DNA of 64,000 nt from contig CM120646.1 in NCBI GenBank assembly GCA_051362555.1, positions 6,200,001 through 6,264,000 on the forward strand. The letters are read 5' to 3'. The notes under the pieces were generated by a model. It had not been told where the DNA came from, searched no databases, and saw only the letters and a list, made by a program, of their open reading frames with translations. The stretch's first letter is position 1, and each line of letters starts with the position of its first letter. Below, piece by piece: positions 38,221 to 50,277 of the stretch. This DNA comes from Lingula anatina. Taxonomy: Eukaryota; Animalia; Brachiopoda. The position numbers and the translations under genes are program-made.

Positions 38221-41200
38221 TTCCAAGGCACTTTGAGGTCACAGACTTTCTCCTTTAAATAACTGGAACATCATCATAAAAGGGCTGAATTGTATGTGCA
38301 TGTTCATTAGTGGCATACAGATAGAAACTATTTCCCCAAAGAGAAAAAAATCTTATTGATTATATTCACTACATCCTATGGGTATACACTGGCTTTCTAT
38401 TTATTTTTAGCATATGAATGCCAGAGTGAAACTAAATTATCTGGCTAACCATTATTTACTTGTGAATTCCTTTTATCAGTCACACATACTGAGTAGATTG
38501 TGGATGTTCTCTGTTCTCAAAGTCACACTAAGTAAAATATTATGTGTCAAGGGTTTCGGGTCAAGAGAGATGAATGCACAGGGTTGGTGGGATGGAAAAT
38601 CATTACATCACATATTTTTGTCACAAAAACATGCTTCCATTTTTCTTAAGTCATCATTTGATATTTGCCTTATTTTGATTTTTTTATGGATAAACATCTA
38701 AAAAAAAGTCTTCAGAAAATTTTGATGCAATTTTCAGGATAATAAAGTAGTATGACTCCAGTTTTTTACGCAAGGCATTTAAAATTTTGAAAACAAATAT
38801 AATATGTATAATGTATAATAACTTTCCTGGAAAATATCAGTATTTTCTCCTTTTTACATCAAGGTTTTCCCCATCCTGACTTTGAATTATAAATGCATTT
38901 TCTTTTAATAGTCTCTCCGCCTCTCACATGCCTTCCCATGCGTCATCCCTGTGGGGGTACAGTCATTAAATCTCGGCTCCATTGGGACGACACATGGGGA
39001 GGTGTGTCAGAGGCAGAGAGACTATTAAAAGATTAGGCAGTTTTCCTTTCATGTACGTCAGCCATATTTAGGTTGTGGCTTTGTAGAGCCATGGCTCAAC
39101 TCGATGTGAATGCGGCCATTAGCAGTCTATGTAGATCCATCCAACTCTGTTGGGACTCCTGCTGAGTGCAATCACCTAAACCAAAATTGACATGCCTCCT
39201 CTTGTTTCTAACATGTCGAAAATCACCAGCTTTTTCATATTCTACGCAATGTTGCAAAAAGGCGCGCCACTCAGTTTCACTGACTGCACTCAGCAAGAGT
39301 CCCCACACAGTCTGTTTGATCTACCTAGATCTATAGACTGATGATGTTAATATAGATGGGAATGGGTCCTAAGGCATTGGCAACTTTTTTCATATTTAAT
39401 GGATTGTCATTTTCTGTATGTTTTTGGATATATAGCATATTATCTTGGCAGTCGAGGGAAAGAGAGATGAAATTACCAAGATAAATATATGTTTGCTACA
39501 TGAAGGTATTTTGCCATTGTATAATTTAACCTGTACCTATCGTTTGCTGTGGAGTATAACTACACAAATAAGAGTGGAAAACAAATGGCATGCACCAATT
39601 TCAAGACATCTTAAAAGCTGTACCAGCTGCTACAAGTTGTGATCACCCTGTTTATATTATAAAATCACAGGTTATACCTGTACACTATTGCTACTAAATG
39701 TAAACTAGGAGGAATTGGTTCTGATACTACTAGTAAGTAAAGACAGAATCATAGTGGTGGCAATTCTAAATCTTAATGTCTAATATGACATGATCTTGAT
39801 TACTAATTTAACCACAAAATCACAATTTATATCCATAGAAAGCCAGTGGCATCCTTACTGGAGGAAATAATGCTGTATAAAATATCTAAACAGTCATTAA
39901 GAATGTTTCCTCATGTTCACCATTTTCAGAGTATATCAGCTTGATTCAAGGAAAAGATATATCAGCTTGATTCAAGGAAAAGCTGCTCCCAAGTTTACTT
40001 TCATCATTTAATCTAATTTCACATTTTTTTGTCATAGCCAAAGTACACACACACACATTATTAAGTTATTTGTAACAATAACAAAGAGATCCACTGCACC
40101 AAGTTCTGATTCTGATGTGATATGCATAAACGAAAAGGTTAAATACTGCTACCTCCTTTAAAACAACTTAGGAAACAACAGTACTAGGTAGTTTCAAAAC
40201 ACTAAGGGTGCATTCCCAGAGATTTAGACCGATCCAGAGATTTAGATTTAGATCGACCTAACTCCCTAGGGGTTCATGCGACAGTTAATTACCCCCTTAC
40301 AGCTTTTAGTAGGCGAGGCAGACGCTTAAGTCGGGTAAGCTGACAGTAATTTAGTGAGACTCCCCACAGGGATAGATCAATCTAAAATCTGTGGGAATGG
40401 AGTCTAACCCTGCAGGGACTCTTGCTAAATGAAATCAGATTTACATGCCTCCTGCTGTTTCCAACATATTCATATAATCATCAGCTTTTCTGTATTCTAC
40501 TCAACGCCAGGAGGCATGTAAAACCTGTTGCATTCTGCAACAGTCCCTGAGGCGTTAGTTTGAACCAGAGGCGGATTTAGGCCGTCTTCTGGGTCTTCTG
40601 GAAGACGGTCAAATTTTTAATGATAACATTGACGGGTATCTAATTTTTCTGTCGGAAAACGGTCAAAAATGGAGGATGGATCAACAAAGATAATTTGGAA
40701 GACTGTCAGAAAATATCTCTGGATCTGCCCCTGTGAACTACTTAGTCAGAATAGTTCCATTGTGATTGCACCCTAAGAGCGCATTCTCAACGAATTAAGC
40801 CAGGCTTTACAAAGCCGGTGACCTAAAAATGGCGGACATACATGAAAGAAAAACCGCCTAATCTTTTAATAGTCTCTCCGCCTCCCCACACATCGTCCCT
40901 GCGGGGTACAGTAATTAAATCGCGTCTCCGTTCGCCATGCGGAAGCTACCTGAGAAATATTAAGTGCGCATGCTCATCAGTTAAACTCGTGGTGAAGAAA
41001 GCATGGCGGCTGAAGGCGATCGAAGGAAAAAAGCTCTTCTGTTCTATTATCTTTGAAAACAGAGACGAAAAAGGAATAATTTGGCCCGTAGAGCAGCAAT
41101 GAATCGACTATCTACGGAGATAATATCACCAGAGATATTCATGGAAATATTAATGTTTCGGAGCCGAGATTTAATTACTGTGCCCTGCAGGGACGACGTA

Positions 41201-43299
41201 TGGGGAGGCGTGTGAGAGGCGGAGAGACTATTAAAAGATTAGGCGGTTTTTCTTTCATGTATGTCCGCCATTTTTAGGTCACCGGCTTTGTAAAGCCTGG
41301 CTTAATTCGTTGAGAATGCACTTTAAGATAGAGTAAATGGGTATATTTATATATATACAACTAACAAGTACTGAGGAAATTGTATAAAAATAATGAAATG
41401 GTACAGAGTGAAGACTGATAAAATTCTGAGAACTGGAAATAAATGGGAATCTGATATACATGTTCTTGGCAATACTCAGAAAACAGATTTTAAGAACTCT
41501 GTTCTCTTTGTCTACTCTCTTTGACGCACTTAAAAATATCCATGATTCACCCACTTTGTATAAAGTACATGTAAGCCCTGGAGTATGCAACCTCATTTTC
41601 TTACGTGAAAAATACTAATAAATCAAAGCCATTTTCACATTTAACCTTATATATGAAGCGAGCACCTGCTGGGGCAGTGCACAGATGCACTAGTTACCAG
41701 TATTTCAGTACTGTGAACAAAAGACATTATAACACAGTTAAATTTTCAAAGACAGTACAAAATTATACAAGTAGGTAAAAATAGTACAAGACCTGTATTT
41801 TTTATGGAACTTAGCCTTTAAAATTGCTGACTATGGGTTTACATGTATACAGTCATTTTTTTTTTTCATTTCAGTAGCTTTTTATAAAATGAAACAAAAT
41901 AAATACAACAATGTTATCATCATAACTTGAGTATATCATAACATAAACAGTACTTAACAAGCGATTGGTGAGCTCAAAGGGCAATATTTGTAAACTCTCT
42001 TGACTAAACTTTTACTAGTAAATTAAATAACAGAAGAATAAAAAACATTATATCACAAACCATATTTTCAAATTTATTATTATTATTATTAGTAGTAGTA
42101 GTAGTAGTAGTTATTGTTTAAATAATGTGGCAACCCTAGAAGAGATGGATAAATGCACCGACTAAGGACGCATTCAGATTCATGCAGCATACTACCTGGG
42201 TCAGTCCAACTCTGTGGGGGATTATTGCTAAATGGAATCAGTTGAATCAGCTAAATCAGCCCGCAATAGTTCATCATCCCTAACTGCTCAAGGAGGCATG
42301 TTAATTTTATTCAATCTGGACCTAGTGCCCAGTCAGAAGTAACATTTCTTTTTTTTTCAAGGGAAATTCAAATTTATAGGGGGAAAACTCTTAACTCTAT
42401 TTGTGGCCTTTCAAACTAAACCACTAAACAAAAACAACTGAAAACATAAGCTAGCTATTGGCACTTTAGCAGTATTCCCCTCCAACATATAACTGTCTGA
42501 TATTCTGTATCTTCTAAATTGATTTGTGTGGTGACTTTGAACAGTCTCTTCTATTAAATAAATCAGTTTGACAATCTATTCAATAGTTAAATGTTTTACA
42601 TGTAACTTATGCTTAGGCTGTTATCTCATGGGTCAAAGAGCTTGAAGGTTTAATGAAACTTTTAAGAAATTATTCAGTAAATTTCAAAATTAATTTATCT
42701 GAATAGCAGATGATTACAGTCCCCGTATAACTAAACTCTTGATTTTATATTTAACATTAAATTAGAGATTATAGGCTGTTTAACTTTAGTACCCCATTGT
42801 TTTTATTTAATGTCGAAAGTAGTACGAAGTTCTACTCTTCAATGTCAACTTTCAATTACAGTCCTTTTGTGACTCTAAACCCTGGGCCTGGAAGATAAAA
42901 CTGAAAGATTCTTCAAAAGTAAGTCTAACTCGTTCCCACTGACTTACCGACTTGCGTCTTTATCGTAGGATCTTCCAAGATGTCATATCTCTCCAGCTGT
43001 TGAATATAGTCGAACAAAGTGGCGATCATACTGTCTTTTTGCTTTTCCCAATCCTTGAGTATGAGTAAAGTATAGCTATCCCTCATGGATTCAAAGTTAC
43101 TGATATCATCGTTCATAAATCCCATCAGTTCAGCGAGGCCCTTCCAGTCTTTTGAAAACCCCGAGTCGGTGAGAACAACGCTAGGGGGGTTTAGTAACCG
43201 AGCGAGAATGTTTCGGACAGACCGGTTTAAAGCTCTCACGGGCACTTCTCTATATTCGCTGTACCAAGGTGGACCGGCTACATCCATTCCGGACGCCAT
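26445..43299 (-). CDS. MYD88: Myeloid differentiation primary response protein MyD88 (death domain - intermediate domain - TIR - C-terminal extension), 6 coding exons, 435 aa
   Basis: Exons on minus strand: 43299-42948, 29720-29646, 29196-29131, 27973-27787, 27300-27209, 26980-26445. All introns are GT-AG with compatible phases; total 1308 nt. Death domain [21 protein letters not shown]...[11 protein letters not shown]...LERYDIL; intermediate [11 protein letters not shown]; TIR box1 YDAFVSY, box2 [45 protein letters not shown], box3 WFWNRLA. Confidence 0.96.
28479..28692. mobile_element. Palindromic MITE family A, copy 6, nested in a related older MITE (~28295-28760) in MyD88 intron 3
   Basis: TTA TSD; the host element arms resume on both sides (CCAACTCTGTGGGGACT ... 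AGTCCCTACAGAGTTGG). Confidence 0.75.
29206..29287. repeat. (TATAA)n pentanucleotide microsatellite abutting the MyD88 exon 3 acceptor
   Basis: About 16 perfect units, ending ~8 nt from the AG at 29197-29198. Confidence 0.95.
30462..30676. mobile_element. Palindromic MITE family A, copy 7
   Basis: Homologous to 28479-28692. Confidence 0.75.
30930..33236 (+). repeat. Local direct duplication of ~250 bp (30930-31175 and 32730-33236, the latter interrupted by a MITE)
   Basis: Near-identical CATGAAAGTATGGTG...GACTAAAGTCTTTGTAGCTTATT in both places. Confidence 0.8.
32891..33148. mobile_element. Palindromic Harbinger-like MITE, TTA TSD
   Basis: GGCTTCGTTCACATGGA...TCCATGTGAATGAAGCC flanked by TTA. 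The empty site is visible in the paralogous segment near 31085-31095. Confidence 0.85.
33270..35815 (+). mobile_element. Helentron-associated (HINE-like) non-autonomous element with internal tandem repeats, in MyD88 intron 1
   Basis: ~159-bp tandem units at 35090-35640; (GGCGAC)n at 35725-35763; terminal 14-bp stem hairpin TATGTACAGACACA-TC-TGTGTCTGTACATA at 35782-35811 followed by an A-rich end. A degraded relative lies at ~62760-63370. The left boundary is approximate. Confidence 0.6.
36884..36973. repeat. Compound microsatellite (GT)n-(G)n-(GA)n
   Basis: Seen directly; a similar (GC)n(GT)n(GA)n run lies at 790-855. Confidence 0.95.
40206..40404. mobile_element. Palindromic MITE family A, copy 8 (internally deleted)
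   Basis: TAA TSD; GGGTGCATTCCCAG...GGGAATGGAGTC. Confidence 0.75.
40566..40733. mobile_element. hAT5-like MITE, 5-bp TSD TGAAC, nested in a family-B MITE
   Basis: CAGAGGCGGATTTAG...GGATCTGCCCCTG; inverted homolog at 51503-51670. Confidence 0.75.
40777..41323. mobile_element. Harbinger/Tourist-like MITE with long (>100 bp) near-perfect TIRs
   Basis: GAGCGCATTCTCAACGAATTAAGCCAGGC... / ...GCCTGGCTTAATTCGTTGAGAATGCACTT with TAA TSD. A degraded relative lies at ~38903-39095. Confidence 0.85.
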
Positions 43300-43500
43300 T
43301 TGAAGGTCTAATTACCTCACCACCTTGCTCCAGTGAATGGTTTCTGTCCCACAGGAAGACAAATGTATGGTCGACCTCACTTACGTTTTGACCTGCTAGT
43401 TGTACTTCCTTGTATCCTGTGCCGTCAAGCGGCTAGTTTGACTTTTACGACATCAACACAAACAAACATGGAGGGGGGAGGAGGGGTTCGTTTCATGTAA

Positions 43501-44494
43501 GGCCACACTTTTTTATTTTTATGGATGACATCCTCTGGGTACCCCAAAATCGGTGCGAGAGGGCGAAAAAAAAAAAAAAAAACGGTCCAAAAAAAAAAAA
43601 AAAATACTGCTTAAGTAAAGGAATGCTGTCAGTACACAGCTGGAAACACAAATTTTACCACAGAAACGCGTATCAAACTAACAATATGTCTTTATCCATG
43701 CTCTCAAAATATTAAAGCATTGTGAATACTTCGTAGAAATGTAAAAAAAAAAAAGTCATGAATAGATATACTTTTTATTACAAAATCTATTAAGGTTATT
43801 TCATGCATTTTGTTGGTATAGCAATCAATAAAACAAATATCAAACAAACAGTGTGTCTTTATTCGTATTCTCAGAATATTAAAGCATTTTGAACACTTCA
43901 CAGAAATGTTTAAAAAAATGATGCAAAGATATGCTTAATACTACCAAATCTATTAAAGGTCATTTCGGACGATGCCATTTTGTCTACTTCGACTCACACG
44001 GCCAAACTGTCAGGTGGCCTGTCCGACCTTCAGCCCACCAAATACCTCGACGCCCTTGTCGACCCTTTTTTCGCTACAGAAAACCTGGTAGCCTATGTGC
44101 TGCTTTGTACAGAATGTCACTGAAATTTTTCGGGCGATAATCGCTGGCGGCCGCCAGCCTTTCGCACAATTGTAAAAAGGTGATATCTCCATGCCCAAAA
44201 TCAATGGCATACCAATCCAAAACGACGGCACCCGTTCTCTTAATGACTTTAATTGTCGTGTAATTTGAAAGTTATCCTAGAGATGAATTTGACGGCAAAG
44301 CGGCCACATTTCCACGTGGCGATAATACGCATGCGCAGAAGGTCATTTCCTGGCAAATTCAATAACGACGTTTGCGCCAACCGACTTCGTTGGGGGCTGG
44401 GGGGGGGGGGGATTTTTTTTTTTTTTTTTTCGGAGAACGGGCGAAAATCGGTGCGCGCGCAGGATGTCATCCATAAAATTAAAAAAGTGTGGCC
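43501..44494. mobile_element. ~1-kb non-autonomous Harbinger-like element just upstream of MyD88
   Basis: Imperfect ~34-bp TIRs (GGCCACACTTTTTTA..ATGGATGACATCCT) with TAA TSD on both sides (43498-43500, 44495-44497); no transposase ORF. Confidence 0.8.
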
Positions 44495-45269
44495 TAAATA
44501 CAGAAAAAATGAAGGGGTGGAATAAAATGATTTACATGTTATGCTCGCCAGATAGTCCCTGTGCGGTCCGTTTAAGTCGACTAGTATGACTAATATATAT
44601 GTAATCGAGGGGGTAGATGCAGCGAGGATTCCAATGAACAATTCATTGTAAACAAGTATTGAATTCGGTGGAAGTGTCTCACATCGAGTCGAGAACTATA
44701 AAGGGGAAAAAAAGCACAATACGGTGACAATAGACCGTATCAAAAACAGGTAAATACAAACATACTCAGTACTATCACACAGTAGCACCGAACGCAGGGC
44801 GGTATTGTGGTTAAAATACTGTACTCAGTATACCTACCTCCTACATAGCTATATACATGTATACTCCCTCGATCCGCTGAATAACGTAGACCCACGCTTA
44901 GAATAATTATTGTTTTCTAAAAAATCTGGTTACCCGTGAAGATAAATACATATGAACACAATTAACAAATTTTGTTACAAATTGATTTTAATCAATTGAT
45001 TTTAATTTAGAAAATGAGAATATTTATAAATATATACCGGTACTGGTATGTATGAAAAATTAAAGAGTGAAATCAATTAAAGGGATAATAACTCTGCGCC
45101 TTAGTTGCCCTTGTTATAAAAACACCCTTTTGATTATTTGACTTTTGAATGTCTCAGATATCTGTGGTGAGTATTTGCCATTTGCCTTGATTATAGAAGG
45201 TAGCACGGTCTATGAGCAGGGCCATTGATCAGTTAATTGTTTTTGTATTTTACTCAATCACTGGAGATC

Positions 45270-45927
45270 TAGACTTCGCGTAGATCATGTAGCTAGCGAG
45301 CGTCATCAAATAAACCATTAAACTGGTCTTTATGTGGTTTTCTTTGAGCGACTTTACGTAAATCTGACACGAACCATAGAATTGCGGATTGCGTTTTGCC
45401 AATCACGTTAGATGCATTCCAGCATCAAATATCTCGGCATCATCGTAGGCCTACTCAATAGCCAGTTCAAGCATTCGCGCTGCGCGCCATTTTATGAGCT
45501 GCTGCCATTTTCACTCCGCGCTAAAAAAAAACAGATTTCTCGGGTCGGGAATGCGAAACCCTGTATGGCCATGTAGGCCCCGAGATCGAGAACGAGAATT
45601 GTTCTCGTCGGGCTAGTTCTCGGGCCGGGATAGCGAACTTTCTGTGTGCATGTACGTATACGTGTTTCACAGCCAGATTGTTGTTTCATGTTTTGGGTGC
45701 ACGAATTTGCTCAATATTTGGCCGCCGTAAAAAACGATTTACTTTAAAATGAAATCAGAATAAAAGAATGACTTTTAGAAAGAGGGAAATGTATTCGTGT
45801 GCCCCCGTCCCCAAAAAGCTAACTGTGCTTGGGCGTGGCTTATCTTGAGCGCCACCTATGGCTCGTTATGTCATTGCAGACGACAGAGCGAAAGCTTAGG
45901 ATAAGAAACGCAAAATATCCAGAAAAT
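45270..45927 (+). promoter_or_regulatory. CpG-rich promoter region of the SIX6OS1-like gene
   Basis: Local CpG enrichment; Myb-type TAACTG (~45820), GC box GGGCGTGGC (45831), CTCF-like GCGCCACCTA (45849-45858) and two YY1-like GCCATTTT motifs (~45486, ~45504). Motif matches only. Confidence 0.5.
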
Positions 45928-47498
45928 ATGTCCTCGGTAGATTTGGATAAAGTTATCAAGGATTTAGGTAATGTACTTTTAAATGGTATTATTTAATCAC
46001 AGAATCAGTGAATGTCCAATGTGTAGTTTGAGGGCACAGTATGTGCACTTTACATTCATATGTGGCACTTTTGTAGTTTTAGTATTTACCCCACGATATA
46101 ACTTTTTTTATTTTCAATATCATTTCTGAATTTATTTGTATGGTTACTTTGAGCAGTGGCTCTGTTATTCAAATAAATTAGTTTGGCGATTCATAAAAAA
46201 AAACATTTTAATCGACGTTTTTTCATGAAACTTGATACCAACCAAATTTTGTGAGAGCTGGGGCCGTCGCTGGGGTGAAAATTTTCTGTAATTTCATCGG
46301 CCAAAGTACTTGAATGTTTAATAAAAAAAAAATAAATAAATAAAAAATGAGTACATTTTCAAAGTACAGTAAAAATCATGTGAATAGCAAATTAACTTAC
46401 TGTAATGTCTGTAATTGAATATTAAGAATAAGGGAGTTATTGCAAAAGTACCATATTTCTTTACAATGATAATAAGCAATGGAAGTTGATTTTATACTTT
46501 AGTAAGGTCTGCACAGACTAATTTGAAAAAAAAATATAATAACAATTAAGTATCAACCCCTTTACTAGTACCTATACCAGTAGTTAGTACACCACCGCCT
46601 ATGCTAGACTGGCGGGTCCTTGGTCTAGGTATGTGCCTGTATTTAATTTTTGAAAAAAAAATATGCTGAAGTACATGTATAATGAAATTAAATGAATGAC
46701 TGATTTTTTCTCCAGAATTTGAAAACAGTCAGCTTGTGAAGAAGATTGAATCAGAGAAACAACAGCTTGCAGGTACTAATCATAAGTTGGTCGATTTTTC
46801 ATATTGAAAGTCAAGAACAGGCTGTTAAATGGGATTTTAAAAGTGTTCAACTCTTTCTTAAAAAATTTAATGTGTCCAAGAGAATAGGCAAATATAACAT
46901 GTTTAATAAATAATTGTTATTATGATTTGGGTTATATGTTTGCCTGTTTCTTGCATTAAAATTCATGTTTTTTATTAGTATTTTTATTAAAGAAAAATAA
47001 ACTGAATCATTTTGAAGCAGAAATAAATAAATGAATTTTAAAAAATGATGAAAATTGTGACCTATCCTTGTGCACTATAAACAGATTTGAGTGAAATTGG
47101 GGGGGGGGGGGGTCAATTTTTATTCTTTCATGCGTAAGGCACCATCTCTTGTTTGAAACAGTGGTGAAACACTATCATGTAGCATGATCAAAACAGGGCA
47201 TTTTTTTGTACCAAAAGCCTTTTTTTTGTACCAAAAGATAACAGATCATATTTATCTCAATATTTCTCTATTTTCAATGATCAGCAATTACCACTGAGAT
47301 ACAGGAGGCTCAGCAAGGCACAGTAAGACTGCATGAAGCCACTTTTCAGTTAGATGAAGACATCAGGACCGCCCATCAACAATTCACACAAAACAGGGCT
47401 AGTTGTGGAAGGTACTGTGGTACTTGAAGATACAAGTGTTTTTCATACTTAAGGGATGATTATTATGAACTTTGTCTTATTTCACTCTGGGTCTCATT

Positions 47499-47549
<51 letters not shown>

Positions 47550-50241
47550 TTATTATTTTTTTTTTTTTTGGAAAGCACATGCAAATGGCCAGAGTTGTAA
47601 GCATATGTATATACATGTACCTTGCAATATTAAGAAGTTTAAATCTTTTGAGTGAAGTTGTGAGGAATGCAGTCTGAGTAACCACTATAACCAAAAACAA
47701 AAATACTATTCAATATTAGATCTATGATAATACCAATCAAAAGAAAGATTTAATATTTGTAATTAATTTTTAGTTTAGAATTTGGCTCAAATCTTATGCA
47801 GCTTTTTTTAGCATTTAAGTTGTTCTATTTATAGTTTGAAACAGACCACAGATTTATTAGCACAACATGCAGAAGCCCTACAGAAAAAAATTGAAAACAT
47901 TTGCCTACAACATGAGAAAGAAAGGTAGGTGAGGAAGAGATATTGCTGGCATATAATCATAGAATTCATATTTAGATCCATACCTGTCTCCTGCAGTTTT
48001 ACTTTGGCCTTTTGGGTGTTACCAAATAAATATTTTCGTTGGATATACATGGTTCTTGTAAAACTCTGCGCTTGTTTTATACTTGTACATGTTTATTTCA
48101 TAATTTTATAAACAATAATTTTAGTTAACTGAATAAAGTGTAATAAGTAGGTTTAATAATTTCAGAGCTGAGTATGATGGGGTTGTGGCACATTATGCAG
48201 CTATGTGGCAGGACTATGAGGCCACATACAAACAGTTCCCACTGGCAAAGGTATGGCAAAATACATGTAGCAATTATTATTTTTTTTATCCTTGGCCAAT
48301 ACTTTTGTGGCATGACTAGACTCTTATCCAGTGATTTGGGGAACATTGCCAAATCTGGCATAGCTTAAGATATAATGTTAGAATATCTTTTAATAATGCG
48401 TACAATGTGCTTGTAAAGACTGCAGCAGTATACATAAATTGGTAAAGGTAAATACTGTATATACCAGGTGCATTGAGATAAACATACATTCAGACTACAA
48501 TGTAATACTGTTTAAAATGTGTCTGTTCAGTCAAATCTAGACTGCAACAATCTAATAAGATTGAATCTAAAGGCTAAGAGGTCTAATCCTTTTCTTTCCC
48601 ACCTTCCTTACTGTCAGGCTCTGGAGGCTGAGCAAGAAGCTGTTAGGCAGACAAAGAAGGAAGAAAAGAAACTGAGACAGCGGGCAGAAGAACTCAGGAA
48701 GGTGATAAGAAGGGCTAATGGAGAGGAAGAGACTGGTGAGAAAATTTGAAATAAAATTGTTATCAGTCCCACAATGTACTTGTGTTCAGTTATACGTCAT
48801 GCATACCCAACAGCATATAATTTAGCTCCCATAAGAATGTAGAAAGATACTGGATCAGGTCCATGCATTTTTAGAGATTTAGCTGGAGTGACTGCCCTCT
48901 CTTCTAAACAAAACCTGTGTGCTTATTACAGGTGTGTGCCTTGAATTGGCTGTACTATATCAGCCTTGGCTGAGTAACATATGAAAGTCTTCCATATATC
49001 TTTGGATATCGGGATATTAGGATGCTGTACTTTTGCCCCCCCCCCTCCCTTTCCTCACCCTTCTTGCCCAAATTCCCCTAAAAGAGCTGCCCTGTGACCT
49101 TCAGTGTTGCAGTTTCAGGATATTTTTAGCAGGTCCACTGCCATCACTGCTGGGTTCATGATCATATTATAACCTCAGCCATGGGTGGGCATTTAAGTTT
49201 TGTGTAGATGTTAATGTGAAAATATATTTTAAATGTACGCCTTTTTGTAACCAAATTAAATAAGGTCATTGTCAAATTTAAGTTAAATGTTTCATAGTCA
49301 GTCATTAATAATATTTTTAATCTTTAAAGGGGAAGATACTGTGCAGGCATTCAACTCCTTGTCAGAGTTTGTGGTAGAATTGTATCCTTTAGAAATATAT
49401 AGATCTTATTTATATACCAGTATTCCTTTTTTTAGAATCAAAATACAGTAAAAGATTTTTCAGTTATTTATTTTTATTCAACTTAAATGCAGCTTAAACA
49501 TTGTATCAGGTTGTTCTTGCTATACACCAATCACAATGTGCCCCAAGTTTCTCAACAGTCACAATAACTGACATTAAATCATGCAGCTCATACAGTTCAT
49601 TATTTTTTCATAATCAAGTTTAAATTTGTTTTTGATCAAACTACTTTAACCCAGTCTTTCACATATTTCACTAATAAAATTTGATATTATTTCAGGATAA
49701 AATTTAAATACTTCAGATTTTAAATTGTGGTAATTAAGTGTGTTGACATTAATTTTTGAACTTGTTATTGATACTTTGCTAGTCTGTGCATTTTTAAGCC
49801 TTAGCCCAAGTGGGTTGCTCACCTAAAGAGCACTGGGCTAGTAAAGAAAAATAAATTTTGTATAGCAAGGATTCTAACAGTCCCTGATTACCTGAAGGGC
49901 TTATAGCTTTAAAGCTTCATGGCACATGCAGACTGTTGTTTTCCTCCTTAACTTTACCTTTAAGAGCACAATACAAGGTTAAGACATGGCAAACAAGTGA
50001 AAATAATGAGAAAATGAGGGAGCAGTTGGCAGAACTTCAAAGTACCTTGAAGCAGAAAAGGGCAGAGAGGCTCAGACAGGTACATGTACTAAGTATAATT
50101 TCATTTTTAAAATCAAATTTTGACATTAAGATGAACTTAATTCAGCAGCCACTAGATTAAAATGTTAATAGCATACATCCCCCATTCAATAATCTCCTCT
50201 TTCTGTCTCACTCTCTCTCTTTCTCTCTCTCTGTTTGTGTG

Positions 50242-50277
<36 letters not shown>

